From the NCBI GenBank assembly GCA_016840795.1, contig JAEORS010000002.1, positions 1 through 35,334 on the forward strand: DNA of 35,334 nt, given 5' to 3'. Shown one piece after another: positions 1 to 9,159 of the stretch. The DNA comes from Candidatus Thorarchaeota archaeon. Its GTDB lineage: Archaea; Asgardarchaeota; Thorarchaeia; Thorarchaeales; Thorarchaeaceae. The position numbers were made by a program, and so were the translations under genes. Positions within the stretch are counted from its first letter, which is position 1. Every line of letters begins with the position of its first letter. The notes below the pieces were generated by a model that made no database searches, was not told the origin of the DNA, and was given only the letters and a program-made list of their open reading frames with translations.

Positions 1-1
1 G

Positions 2-772
2 GATGGAGGAGAGGGTAGAGTCCAGAACATCATAGTCGCTGACGAGTCTGCACAGATTCGACTGACCTTCTGGAATGAGGACGTAGACAGGATAAAGGAC
101 CTTCAGGAGGGAGATGTGGTCAGCGTCACCCATGCCTACGCGAAGGAAGGCTTTAGAGGTGGAGTGGAGGTACACTTGGGCCGCAGAGCAGAGATTGAGA
201 TCAATCCGAAAGGCTCTCCTTTGGAACAGCTGGACCTCTCAGATTTGTCTGTAGAGTCAAGATCGCAGGCCGCAGGACTTGTGAGAATAAGGGAGATTGA
301 TGAGAGCAACGAGGGTAAGAGCGTAGAAGTTTCCGGAATCGTGATGGGAGCTACTCAGGCAAGTCCTGTGTATCCAGCGTGTCCAAGCTGCCGGAAGAAG
401 GTGGAGGAGGAGGGTGGCAGGTTCACTTGTAGCGTGTGTGGTGATGTCAAAGAACCTGAGTACAGGATGTTGTACAAGATAACCGTTGATGATGGGTCTG
501 GCTCTATAAGGGCTACTCTGTTCGGTGAAACTGGAGAGGAGCTACTGGGAATGACAGCCGAAGAGGCACATGAACTAATCACAAAGTCTGGAAACAATCT
601 GGAGCCTCTTGAAAGGAATTCGGACAGAATACTTGGAAAGTATGTTTCTGTACGAGGCCGTGTTTCCAAGTTCAGGGATTCTATGGAGATTGCGGCCAGT
701 GGACTAGCCTTCCCGGATCTTGTCGAGGTAAGCAAGCGCGAAAGGGAGCGCATTGATGAACTAATACGGTAG
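2..772 (+). CDS. rpa: Replication protein A-like ssDNA-binding protein (OB fold plus C4 zinc ribbon), 5'-truncated at window edge
   Basis: The frame is open from nt 2. The residues ...VQNIIVADESAQIRLTFWNEDVDRIKDLQEGDVV precede the ORF-track Met at 116. It has OB-fold-like segments and a CPSC-x12-CSVC zinc ribbon typical of archaeal RPA large subunits. Confidence 0.7.
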   Translation, partial: DGGEGRVQNIIVADESAQIRLTFWNEDVDRIKDLQEGDVVSVTHAYAKEGFRGGVEVHLGRRAEIEINPKGSPLEQLDLSDLSVESRSQAAGLVRIREIDESNEGKSVEVSGIVMGATQASPVYPACPSCRKKVEEEGGRFTCSVCGDVKEPEYRMLYKITVDDGSGSIRATLFGETGEELLGMTAEEAHELITKSGNNLEPLERNSDRILGKYVSVRGRVSKFRDSMEIAASGLAFPDLVEVSKRERERIDELIR

Positions 773-780
773 TATCTGCA

Positions 781-2013
781 TCACGATGTGGCCTCGATGA
801 GGGCACGCATTCCCTCCAAGAACCTCTCAACGTCATCGAGATTGTTGTATAAGTAGAAACTGGCCCTGGCCGTTCCCACAGTGGGTTTGATGCCCAATTG
901 ATAATGGAAAGGTCCAACACAGTGCCAGCCACTTCTCACCATAACAGAATACTGGTCGTTTAGAAATGCAGCAACATCGTGAGCGGCCTCCACGCAGTCC
1001 ACGGTGAAAGCAACAAGCCCTGTTTTGATGTTGATATCGTCGGTCCCCACAATCTTGACATGGTCCATGTCTTTGAGATTCTTGAGAGCTACCTCCAGAA
1101 GAGATCTCTCGTGTTTCTCAATCTTATTCATTCCAATCCGTGTTAGGTACTCGGCTGCCGTCCCTGCACCAATAGCTCCTGCATAGTTCTGTAGTCCAGC
1201 TTCAAATTTCTCAGGGGGCGGCAGGTATTCGGGGAGTATCTGTCCGTTCATATAGCGAACATCAGATACGGTATCGCCTCCGACCAAGAACATGTCCATG
1301 GCCTCTAGATGTTCCAGCTTCCCGTAAAGAACCCCCATTCCCGTCGGACCACACATCTTGTGAGCTGATATTGCAGAGAAATCAACGTCCAGCTTCTGTA
1401 CGTCCAGAGGATGATGCGGCGCATATTGTGCGTCATCAGACGTTACCAAGGCACCTCGGTCGTGGGCAATCTCGATGATTTCGTCAAGAGGTGCAACGGT
1501 GCCTGTGACATTCGAAGAGTGCACGATTGATACTAAACGAGTGCTACTATCGATTGCTTCTTTCCAGTCCTCAATGTCGAATGTGCCATCCATTTTTGCC
1601 TCAACTATCTCAATCTTCAAGCCATCGCGTCGAGCACGCTCTACAAATGGAAGCGAGCCACTATGGTGTTCCAGTGTGGAAGTGACAATCTTCGCATCCT
1701 TTGGGAGTTTCAGTGAAGATGCAACCATGTTGAGAGATTCTGTGGCATTTCGCGTCCAGATACACTCAGCGGCATGTGCTGCATTCAGAAACCGCGCAAA
1801 CTTCTCTCTGGACGCAGTGTAGGCATTTGACGCTTCTTCGCCCAGTGTGTGGATGCTGCGCCCACCACAAGCGGGATATCTCTCGTAGTACTCATTCATG
1901 GCCTGAACCACTTCTATTGGTTTGAGGGCCATGCAAGCACTATCAAGATACACAATGGAACGTCCATTGATCTTGCGATTCAGGACCGGGAAGTCAGCTC
2001 TTACATCAAGCAT
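781..2013 (-). CDS. sufS: Cysteine desulfurase, SufS/class V aminotransferase
   Basis: PLP-lysine motif SAHKMCGPTGMGVLYG, HSSNVTG, and C-terminal active-site RSGWHCVGP. The start was trimmed to MLDVRADFPVLN (ATG at 2013), which lies 5 nt after the stop of the upstream 88-aa ORF. The longer ORF-track N-terminus overlaps that gene. Confidence 0.85.
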   Translation of the reverse strand: MLDVRADFPVLNRKINGRSIVYLDSACMALKPIEVVQAMNEYYERYPACGGRSIHTLGEEASNAYTASREKFARFLNAAHAAECIWTRNATESLNMVASSLKLPKDAKIVTSTLEHHSGSLPFVERARRDGLKIEIVEAKMDGTFDIEDWKEAIDSSTRLVSIVHSSNVTGTVAPLDEIIEIAHDRGALVTSDDAQYAPHHPLDVQKLDVDFSAISAHKMCGPTGMGVLYGKLEHLEAMDMFLVGGDTVSDVRYMNGQILPEYLPPPEKFEAGLQNYAGAIGAGTAAEYLTRIGMNKIEKHERSLLEVALKNLKDMDHVKIVGTDDINIKTGLVAFTVDCVEAAHDVAAFLNDQYSVMVRSGWHCVGPFHYQLGIKPTVGTARASFYLYNNLDDVERFLEGMRALIEATS

Positions 2014-2018
2014 TCCAA

Positions 2019-2285
2019 TCAATCGCCTCTCACTAGTTCCCAGCGATATCCGCCCTTCTCTAGAGCCTTGCTGATCAGACCCTTGTCCACTAGCTGCCGT
2101 GCCGCAACAATGAAAGTGTCGCCGCCCGCACAGTCTTGACATACATCAGCATACTCATCACTACGAGCAATCTCGAGAATCTCGGATGTTGTCAGTGGAT
2201 TGGTCGCATTCTGTAGAATGTTCAACACGCATTGAGCGTTTCTTGAGAGGTCTGACATCGTGTTGGGCTGCGGTGCGGGATTCAA
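2019..2285 (-). CDS. Small winged-helix-like protein, function unknown, coupled to sufS
   Basis: 88-aa ORF (alternative Met at 2258). The pattern LNILQNATNPLTTSEILEIA...LVDKGLI...GGYRWEL looks like a wHTH. Its stop lies 5 nt before the sufS start. Confidence 0.45.
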   Translation of the reverse strand: MNPAPQPNTMSDLSRNAQCVLNILQNATNPLTTSEILEIARSDEYADVCQDCAGGDTFIVAARQLVDKGLISKALEKGGYRWELVRGD

Positions 2286-2415
2286 TAAGAAGGCTTTGAT
2301 TGGTGGTCATCCTAGACCCATCATAATCCTTAAATGAATTCTATCAGGGTGCAGCCCGCTCATTCTATGGGGACCACCTGCCCTCATTGTGGGTAATAGG
2401 CAGAGGTGAACGATT

Positions 2416-2670
2416 GTGGGAAGACGACGACGACAGAAAGTACGGCGACGACCTCAGAAACGGATCCCAGACGTGTATCCGTGTCCTAGTTGCGGCAATA
2501 CATCAATCAAGATTGAACTGAATCGCAGTGATGGGATTGCTGGTGTCAAGTGTGGTTCTTGTGGATTGGAGATGGTCGTAGATGAAGTGAATCCACTGAC
2601 AGAAGCAGTTGACATCTACGGTGCCTTCATAGATAGGTTCTACGAGAGCCGTAGCGCTCAAACTGCCTAG
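2416..2670 (+). CDS. Transcription elongation factor Elf1 homologue (zinc ribbon)
   Basis: Basic N-terminus MGRRRRQKVRRRPQKR followed by CPSCG...x19...CGSCG and the downstream EAVDIYGAFIDRF. This matches the eukaryotic/archaeal Elf1 layout. GTG start. Confidence 0.7.
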   Translation: MGRRRRQKVRRRPQKRIPDVYPCPSCGNTSIKIELNRSDGIAGVKCGSCGLEMVVDEVNPLTEAVDIYGAFIDRFYESRSAQTA

Positions 2671-2731
2671 TGCAAGACTCGATATTCAGCAATTGTTATA
2701 AGTGCGGTCAATCCGAGAACGCGGGATTTCT

Positions 2732-2845
2732 ATGCAGATCGAACTCATGGAGTCAATCTTGTCTCTTATGCTCATGGCCATGGGCATTGTAGCCCTCATG
2801 CTGATTCTTGCCTACTCGGTTTGGGGCGAGGAAGAAGATGAGTAG
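2732..2845 (+). CDS. Possible 37-aa single-pass membrane micro-protein (not in ORF track)
   Basis: The ATG ORF MQIELMESILSLMLMAMGIVALMLILAYSVWGEEEDE has a hydrophobic core and an acidic tail. There is no homology evidence. Confidence 0.2.
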   Translation: MQIELMESILSLMLMAMGIVALMLILAYSVWGEEEDE

Positions 2846-2866
2846 TGATATGAGAGTGCGGCCCCG

Positions 2867-3100
2867 ATGAGTTCTGATGAAACACTTCTTCTTGCCTTTG
2901 AGAACATTGCAGGACACCTAGCTAACCTGGATTCGATACGCTCTCTTGTGCAGGAACTCACAGGTTGTGGTCACACTATTAGTGAAACAATCCAGTTGCT
3001 TGAAGGGAAGATGGAAGAAACTGAAGTGACACTAAGAACAGACCTGCGTATATTGATTAATGAGATTCGACACATCACGAGAGGGAAGTTCTCTGGATGA
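2867..3100 (+). CDS. Hypothetical 77-aa helical protein, translationally coupled to the helicase
   Basis: Its stop overlaps the helicase start in an ATGA arrangement (3097-3100). No recognisable domain. Confidence 0.45.
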   Translation: MSSDETLLLAFENIAGHLANLDSIRSLVQELTGCGHTISETIQLLEGKMEETEVTLRTDLRILINEIRHITRGKFSG

Positions 3101-5940
3101 ATGCCTTTTCTCGCCTGGGCAAAGAAATCAACGAGTTTCTTACTCATCACGGAATGGTTTCACCAACGCCAATCCAAGAGAGTGCAATCCCCACCTTACT
3201 TGACAGCCAGGATGACGTTCTTCTCCTTTCGCCGACAGGATCTGGCAAGACTGAGGCGGCACTGCTGCCATTGCTCCACAATCTGCAAATGCGTAGAGAA
3301 GAACGGGAGCTGTTCGGTTTCTACATTCTCTATATTACGCCACTCAGAGCACTCAATAGAGATGTCTTCACGCGAATCGAGAGTCTATGCGAACATCTTG
3401 GACTCACGGTTTCGGTAAGGCATGGTGATACTAGTCAGTACAGAAGAAGACAGCAGGCAATCAAGCCCCCTAACTTGCTCATAACAACTCCAGAGTCACT
3501 TCAGGCTATTCTTCCAGGAAAGCGACTCAGATATCATCTGAGGACAGTCTTTGCAGTGGTTGTTGATGAGATTCACGAACTAGCCGATAGCAAAAGAGGG
3601 ACACAGCTGAGCGTTGGTCTGGAGCGACTTGAACGATTGATTGGCTCGAATGTTCAACGAGTAGGGCTGTCTGCAACCGTTGGGAATGTAGGGGAAGTCG
3701 CGAAACTACTTTCGGGTCAAAACCGTGTCGTCAAGACTATCTGGGCAGGATACGATCTTAGGAAAATGGACCTGACAGTGAGCATGCCCGTTCCTCGCCC
3801 TGAACACAAGAAGCTAAGTAGGAAGCTCTCCTACCCATTGCATTCTACGGCACGCCTAGAGAGGATTGTTAGTCTGATTGACAGCCATTCTTCAGTCTTG
3901 ACATTCACGAACACACGATCCTTTGCTGAAACCTTGGGAGTGAAAATGAGAGCGTTGGAGCCCCCCTTTGACTTTGACGTTCATCATGGGTCACTTTCGA
4001 GAGACGTTCGTGTTTTGGCTGAGGAACGGTTGAAAGGCGGGGATTCTAAGGCAATCATTGCCACCTCAAGTCTCGAACTGGGCATAGACATCGGTCAGGC
4101 CGACCTTGTGATTCAGTACAGCAGTCCTCGCGAGGTGTCGCGAGCTGTTCAACGGACTGGAAGAGCCGGTCACGCGATTGGGAGAACTCCAAAAGGGGTC
4201 ATCATTTCTACAGTGAATCTAGACGACATCACCGAGTCAGGAGTCATTCGCAGGAGGGCACTACTGAACAAGGTCGAGAGAGCAAACATCCCAATCAGAG
4301 CGTGGGATGTCCTCTGTCATCAGATTACCGGCATTCTACTTGATACACCCGAGATTGAGATAGAGGACCTGTTTGCTACGATCACCTCTTCATTTCCATA
4401 TTCTGAGCTAGAGAAAGAGGAACTGGACAGAATCCTTGAGTTCATGGTTTCCAGAAACCTAGTAGAGATTGACGGTTCCTTGGTTTCAAGAGGTAGAAGA
4501 GCACGAGTGTTCTATTATGAGCATCTAAGCACCATTCCAGATGTACATAAGGTCAATGCAGTGGACATGACCACAAGGTCAAGCATCGGAGTCCTAGATG
4601 AAGAATATGTGAGTCAGGACATCGAAACTGGTTCTGTCTTTGTCATAAGAGGAAGACCGTGGCAAGTTGTCAGTATAGAAGAGGATGAAGTGTTGTGTTC
4701 TCCCGCTATGGATACTGACACAAGCGCACCCAAGTGGATTGGTGAGATGATACCAGTGCCATATGAGGTGGCAACAGAGGTTGCAAAGGTATGGAATGCC
4801 GTGGGAGAGAAGAATGAGAAGGACAGTAGGAAGCTACTGGAGAGAGAGTATGGGATTGATGACGAGGCACAGATTCATGTCATTGAAACCGTGAAGTCAG
4901 CCAAGAAGGACCTTGGCAGACTGCCATCAAAGCATGTGCTTGTTGTGGAAGACTTTGGAGCCGGTCTTGTTCTCCATGTTCCACTCGGTACAAAGGCGAA
5001 CGAAGCACTGGGAGTAGTAATCGCCGCACTATTGACCACTCGATTGGGTGTAGAGGTCGCTGTGGAAAGAGACCCATATCGCATTCTATTCACTGCAACC
5101 GCAGGACTTGACGCAGAGAGAGTGGTTGATGTGCTCAAGGACTACACTAGTGAGCAGGCTTCTGCGATTCTAAGATTGGCGGTCAAGTCCACTCAGAATT
5201 TCTCGTCTAGGTTCATTCACGTCGGTAGAAGAATGGGAATCATTCGCAGGAACGTGAAGATCAAAGAAATTCCCGTCCGGGGGCTCATCGGTGCCTACGA
5301 AGATACGCCTGTATTTGATGAAACGATGAGAGAGGTCATGGAGGAGAAGCTGGATGAGTCTAGAGTGATGAGTGTCTTTGATGGGATTGCAAATAGCGAG
5401 ATTGACATCCACATTGTAAGGACCAAGGCACCGTCAGCTCTTGCTCGGCTCATAGTGGAGGAGAAGTCCCGGTTTGAAGTCATTGGAGAGATTACAGAAG
5501 AGAATGAAGTGCTCGCAATGATGGAAGAAAGACTCCTTTCACATCGTTTTAGGTTAGTCTGCGTGGGAAACGGCGATTGGAACTCTGTTCGGACGGTGTC
5601 TTCCCTGGAAGACAAGGTTAGCTGCCCAGTCTGTGGATCCACAATGATTGCGGCACTGCATCAGAAGAATGCGGATTTCACAAAGATTGTGAAGAAGCAA
5701 ATAGCTGGAGAACCTCTTACACGTGAGGAGAACAAGAAGTACAAGGCGGGCGGTCTTACCGCTACACTGGTATCAGACTATGGAAGACGAGCGCTGTTGG
5801 TCCTTGCGGGACAAGGCATAGGACCCACGACTGCGTCAAGAATACTCAGACCGGGCCTTGATGACCGTCATTCTCTTCTGAGGGAGATTGCTAAAGCAGA
5901 GAAGGAATATGCAAGGACGAGACCGTTCTGGAGTGATTGA
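3097..5940 (+). CDS. lhr: Lhr-type (large helicase-related) DExH ATP-dependent helicase
   Basis: Q-motif PTPIQ, Walker A SPTGSGKTEA, DEIHEL (DExH), SAT, motif VI QRTGRAGH. There is a long C-terminal domain with CPVCGS and the ending ...RTRPFWSD typical of archaeal Lhr. Confidence 0.85.
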   Translation: MNAFSRLGKEINEFLTHHGMVSPTPIQESAIPTLLDSQDDVLLLSPTGSGKTEAALLPLLHNLQMRREERELFGFYILYITPLRALNRDVFTRIESLCEHLGLTVSVRHGDTSQYRRRQQAIKPPNLLITTPESLQAILPGKRLRYHLRTVFAVVVDEIHELADSKRGTQLSVGLERLERLIGSNVQRVGLSATVGNVGEVAKLLSGQNRVVKTIWAGYDLRKMDLTVSMPVPRPEHKKLSRKLSYPLHSTARLERIVSLIDSHSSVLTFTNTRSFAETLGVKMRALEPPFDFDVHHGSLSRDVRVLAEERLKGGDSKAIIATSSLELGIDIGQADLVIQYSSPREVSRAVQRTGRAGHAIGRTPKGVIISTVNLDDITESGVIRRRALLNKVERANIPIRAWDVLCHQITGILLDTPEIEIEDLFATITSSFPYSELEKEELDRILEFMVSRNLVEIDGSLVSRGRRARVFYYEHLSTIPDVHKVNAVDMTTRSSIGVLDEEYVSQDIETGSVFVIRGRPWQVVSIEEDEVLCSPAMDTDTSAPKWIGEMIPVPYEVATEVAKVWNAVGEKNEKDSRKLLEREYGIDDEAQIHVIETVKSAKKDLGRLPSKHVLVVEDFGAGLVLHVPLGTKANEALGVVIAALLTTRLGVEVAVERDPYRILFTATAGLDAERVVDVLKDYTSEQASAILRLAVKSTQNFSSRFIHVGRRMGIIRRNVKIKEIPVRGLIGAYEDTPVFDETMREVMEEKLDESRVMSVFDGIANSEIDIHIVRTKAPSALARLIVEEKSRFEVIGEITEENEVLAMMEERLLSHRFRLVCVGNGDWNSVRTVSSLEDKVSCPVCGSTMIAALHQKNADFTKIVKKQIAGEPLTREENKKYKAGGLTATLVSDYGRRALLVLAGQGIGPTTASRILRPGLDDRHSLLREIAKAEKEYARTRPFWSD

Positions 5941-5956
5941 GTTGGATAAGCCGTTG

Positions 5957-6532
5957 ATGGTGTTTGCTGGAAGAAGCAATGTCGGGAAGAGCAGCACCAT
6001 AAGGCTACTCACTGGTAAAAAGGTCCGAGTTGGAAAGCGGCCTGGAAGTACGAAGTGGGAAATCATGATAGACCTCGGACCTGTGACTCTTGTTGATATT
6101 CCTGGTTTCGGCTATATGGCGGGAATGAGCAAGATCGCCATTGAAGAGATGAAGACCACGCTCATTCAGAAACTTGAAGGATGGAGTGACAGACTTGCTC
6201 TCGCGGTCTTGATAGTCGACATATCGCTCTTCCGAACTCTAGTAGACCGCTGGGAGAGTCGAGGAGAGATACCTATCGATGTGGAGTTCTATACGTTCCT
6301 GTCTGAGATATCTGCCAGAGTGATTGTTGTTGCCAATAAGATAGACAAACTGAAGAAACGTGAGCAGCCCCTAGAAGTGGAGTACCTGGCGATGAAATTG
6401 AAGGAGGCTCTTCCTGAATCGGAACCATTCATAGTTCCCTTGTCTGCCTCTAGGAAGACAGGAGTCACTGAACTCAGGAAAGCAGTAGAAAACACTCTCC
6501 AAGACGACGGTATTGGACGACCGCGTTGGTAA
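5957..6532 (+). CDS. engB: GTP-binding protein EngB/YsxC
   Basis: FAGRSNVGKSS (G1), DIPGFG (G3), ANKIDK (G4). The start is ambiguous: ATG at 5909 would overlap lhr by 32 nt, and ATG at 5957 lies 16 nt after the lhr stop. Confidence 0.8.
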   Translation: MVFAGRSNVGKSSTIRLLTGKKVRVGKRPGSTKWEIMIDLGPVTLVDIPGFGYMAGMSKIAIEEMKTTLIQKLEGWSDRLALAVLIVDISLFRTLVDRWESRGEIPIDVEFYTFLSEISARVIVVANKIDKLKKREQPLEVEYLAMKLKEALPESEPFIVPLSASRKTGVTELRKAVENTLQDDGIGRPRW

Positions 6533-6535
6533 GTG

Positions 6536-7633
6536 TTACCTCACTTTCTTGAAGATGTAGTAGACTGCGCCTACGGCCAGAATAGTCAGAGATATCATGA
6601 GCATGGGGTAGATAGCCCCTGGAGGCTCCACGAAACCCTCAGTGAGCCAGTCTAACATGTTCATGAAGAGTCGAGCGTTGTCTGCTGTATAGAACCACTG
6701 GGACTCGCTCTCGTAGACATCCATAACAAGTCCTGAGAACATTATTGCGGAGCCAGAGATCACGATTCTACTCTCATTGTACTCAAAGGCAGACATCCAC
6801 GGTGGAAAGGTTCCGTTTATTGCTGAGTACGAAAGTGGCCTCTCTGCAAACTCTTCGAGTGTCATGTTCGGAAAGCTGTAGTTTGCAAGATAAGAAACAG
6901 TCTTCCTGAACTGGGCGAAGGAGGACTCATGGCCTGTTGCTATTGAGCTTACAAGATCAAGTGGTTTCAGAGTGGCGGTCATCACGATTAGCTCGTTGAT
7001 GTTCTTGAAGATGGGGTGACCAGAGTCCCACGTACTCGTGTCCAGTCGCATGACCCAGGGGGATGTTTCGTTGACTGCATGCTCGTAGTCAAACATCGCG
7101 TCGGACCAGGAGATCGTCTGAGTTTCGTTGATGCTGAAACGAGGTCCGGTTATGTTGAGTGCGTCAAGAAGCTTATTCAATGCGATGTTGTCTCCCATGT
7201 CCTGCAACGCAAAATCGTCCCAATACTTGGAATTGTTGCCAACCACTGGATTACCGAGAAGCAGCAGCGAGCTGCCATTGGCCAACATCTCAGCGATTGA
7301 AGATACCTCATTTGGCACAAAATCGTAGCTGATATCTGGGTCGGCCAAGATCAGAAGGTCAACATCACTCAGTGTGGCGTTCTCAATAGGGTCGGTATTC
7401 ACTCTGACCGTGTATTTGGTTGACGCATTGACCATATCGAGTATCAACTTGAAGCCAGCTTCATCATTGGGTGAAAACTGTTGGTCGTGACTTGCATCGT
7501 ATAGAATGGCGATGGAATCAACGGGCGCCTGAGCGTTCACTGTGACATGAAAACAGCAAAGGAGAATCAATACTGTGATTGCAGCCGCAGCAATCCGGGC
7601 GGCTCCTTTGAAACGCACCATAGGCTCATTCAA
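6536..7633 (-). CDS. Secreted/membrane-anchored surface protein, N-glycosylation-sequon rich, function unknown
   Basis: N-terminal signal/TM (AARIAAAAITVLILLCCFHVTVNAQA), C-terminal TM anchor (IYPMLMISLTILAVGAVYYIFKKVR) and 11 N-x-S/T sequons counted by eye. Confidence 0.6.
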   Translation of the reverse strand: MNEPMVRFKGAARIAAAAITVLILLCCFHVTVNAQAPVDSIAILYDASHDQQFSPNDEAGFKLILDMVNASTKYTVRVNTDPIENATLSDVDLLILADPDISYDFVPNEVSSIAEMLANGSSLLLLGNPVVGNNSKYWDDFALQDMGDNIALNKLLDALNITGPRFSINETQTISWSDAMFDYEHAVNETSPWVMRLDTSTWDSGHPIFKNINELIVMTATLKPLDLVSSIATGHESSFAQFRKTVSYLANYSFPNMTLEEFAERPLSYSAINGTFPPWMSAFEYNESRIVISGSAIMFSGLVMDVYESESQWFYTADNARLFMNMLDWLTEGFVEPPGAIYPMLMISLTILAVGAVYYIFKKVR

Positions 7634-7712
7634 CCATTCTGCTGAGTCAGCGTGCCAGACTCTAGGCCGTGTTAAAAAGTTATCCTCAGTTTCGGCGACT
7701 CATCGACTCGTT

Positions 7713-8108
7713 TCAGTCTGTCCTGCGGAGCTCAGCACTCATGTCCCGCCGCTCAGCGTCGGTGGATTCAACTCTCTTCTGCTGGTTTCGAGCCTCAGCA
7801 ATTGCCTGGGCTAATAGATGATAACACATCTGCACCTCCCGTTCCATAACGACTGAATGATAGAAGCTGCGACATGTACAGAACACTCCAGGGATGACCA
7901 GATACGCCCTGCGCTTTCCTTGCACGATCCATTTCGTTGTTTCACTGGGACGGAACAAAAACTCTAGCACTCGACCCTCCTCCACAGCCCTGAGGGCCCT
8001 TACAAACCTCTTACCGTACTTGGAACGAAAGTACTCGATGTCACTCTGGGTCAGCTCTTCTTTCTCAAGCATCTTGACCTCTTTGGAAGGGAGGGACATG
8101 TTTCTCAT
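7713..8108 (-). CDS. SWIM zinc-finger protein
   Basis: CTC-x17-C-x-H (FCTCRSFYHSVVMEREVQMCYH) matches the SWIM CxC...CxH signature. 131 aa. Confidence 0.6.
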   Translation of the reverse strand: MRNMSLPSKEVKMLEKEELTQSDIEYFRSKYGKRFVRALRAVEEGRVLEFLFRPSETTKWIVQGKRRAYLVIPGVFCTCRSFYHSVVMEREVQMCYHLLAQAIAEARNQQKRVESTDAERRDMSAELRRTD

Positions 8109-8164
8109 TCACAGTGTCAGACGGTCAGGTTAAAATGTTGTAGGATTGATGACCAACGTTAGTA

Positions 8165-8998
8165 ATGGAGGTTATTTTCGAAGACCGGGCGATGGTGATC
8201 AAGGCAGATGACCTTAGAGCCCTCATAGTCGCTGATCTTCATCTTGGTTTCGAGCACACTCTCTACGAGGAGAAAGGAATTGCGTTTCCAGCCCAAGATG
8301 CAAGTATGCTCAAGAGAATATCATCAATTGTTGAGAAACACACAATCGAAGATATCTACATAATTGGGGATATCAAGCATTCCATCACTGTACATAGTCC
8401 TCCTAATTGGCAGTCAGTACCCAATCTCATGTTGGCTCTTTCGAACCTGTGCAGAGTCCATGTGATTCCTGGAAATCATGATGGCGATTTGCTTCCCCTT
8501 CTGCCGAGGAGTGTTTTTCTACTAGATGTCCGTGGTACAGTGGTAGGTGAAGGTGGGGAAACAGTAGGACTCCTGCATGGACATTCTTGGCCATCTCCGA
8601 AGGTGCTAGAATCACCGATGCTCGTGATAGGGCACAACCACCCGACTCTACGAAACGTGAAAAATGTCGATGCGCCTGAGATTGACCGGGCAGGCAGGCG
8701 ACGATTTGCGGGTGTAATCCCAGTCATTCTACGTTCGAAACTAGACAAGACTTGTGTACGTCAGAATATCGGCGCTCCTGAAGCTCCTGATGACTCAGAA
8801 GGGGTTGTTGTCACTCTTCCAAGCTTCAACGAACTCTTCTCAGGAGTACAGGTCAATACTCCGAAGACGACCTTCTATGGGCCGTTCTTTGAGAATGGTT
8901 GTGCTGATATTCTCAAGTCGGACGTATATAGTATGGCCGGAGTGTATCTAGGTACTGTAGAGTCACTACGAAAGCGTTTCAACGAAATGATTAAATGA
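8165..8998 (+). CDS. Calcineurin-like metallophosphoesterase, SbcD/Mre11-related (PdeM/MJ0037-like)
   Basis: Metal-binding motifs ADLHLG, GDIKH, GNHD, LHGH and GHNH occur in the canonical order. Confidence 0.75.
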   Translation: MEVIFEDRAMVIKADDLRALIVADLHLGFEHTLYEEKGIAFPAQDASMLKRISSIVEKHTIEDIYIIGDIKHSITVHSPPNWQSVPNLMLALSNLCRVHVIPGNHDGDLLPLLPRSVFLLDVRGTVVGEGGETVGLLHGHSWPSPKVLESPMLVIGHNHPTLRNVKNVDAPEIDRAGRRRFAGVIPVILRSKLDKTCVRQNIGAPEAPDDSEGVVVTLPSFNELFSGVQVNTPKTTFYGPFFENGCADILKSDVYSMAGVYLGTVESLRKRFNEMIK

Positions 8999-9025
8999 TT
9001 CTCCCAGAGGGTTCCCTTCGGCCAT

Positions 9026-9102
9026 GGGTCGGTGGTCTAGCTTGGTATGATTCTTGGTTCGGATCCAAGGGATCGCGAGTTCAAATCTCGTCCGGCCCAC
9101 CA
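9026..9102 (+). tRNA. tRNA-Pro (anticodon CGG), genomically encoded CCA
   Basis: Cloverleaf folded by hand. Acceptor GGGTCGG/CCGGCCC, anticodon stem CTTGG/CCAAG with loop TTCGGAT, T-arm GCGAG-TTCAAAT-CTCGT, discriminator A, then CCA. Confidence 0.9.
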
Positions 9103-9159
9103 TCTTCTCTCTTTTCTAGGGCATACAACTTATCTCAGAGTGGCCAACCTAGAAGTAGC

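Noticed and set aside
8995-9159. N-terminal 55 residues of the ORF-track methyltransferase ORF
   Set aside because: This part is the translation of tRNA-Pro and its flanks. The methyltransferase starts at the internal Met (9160).
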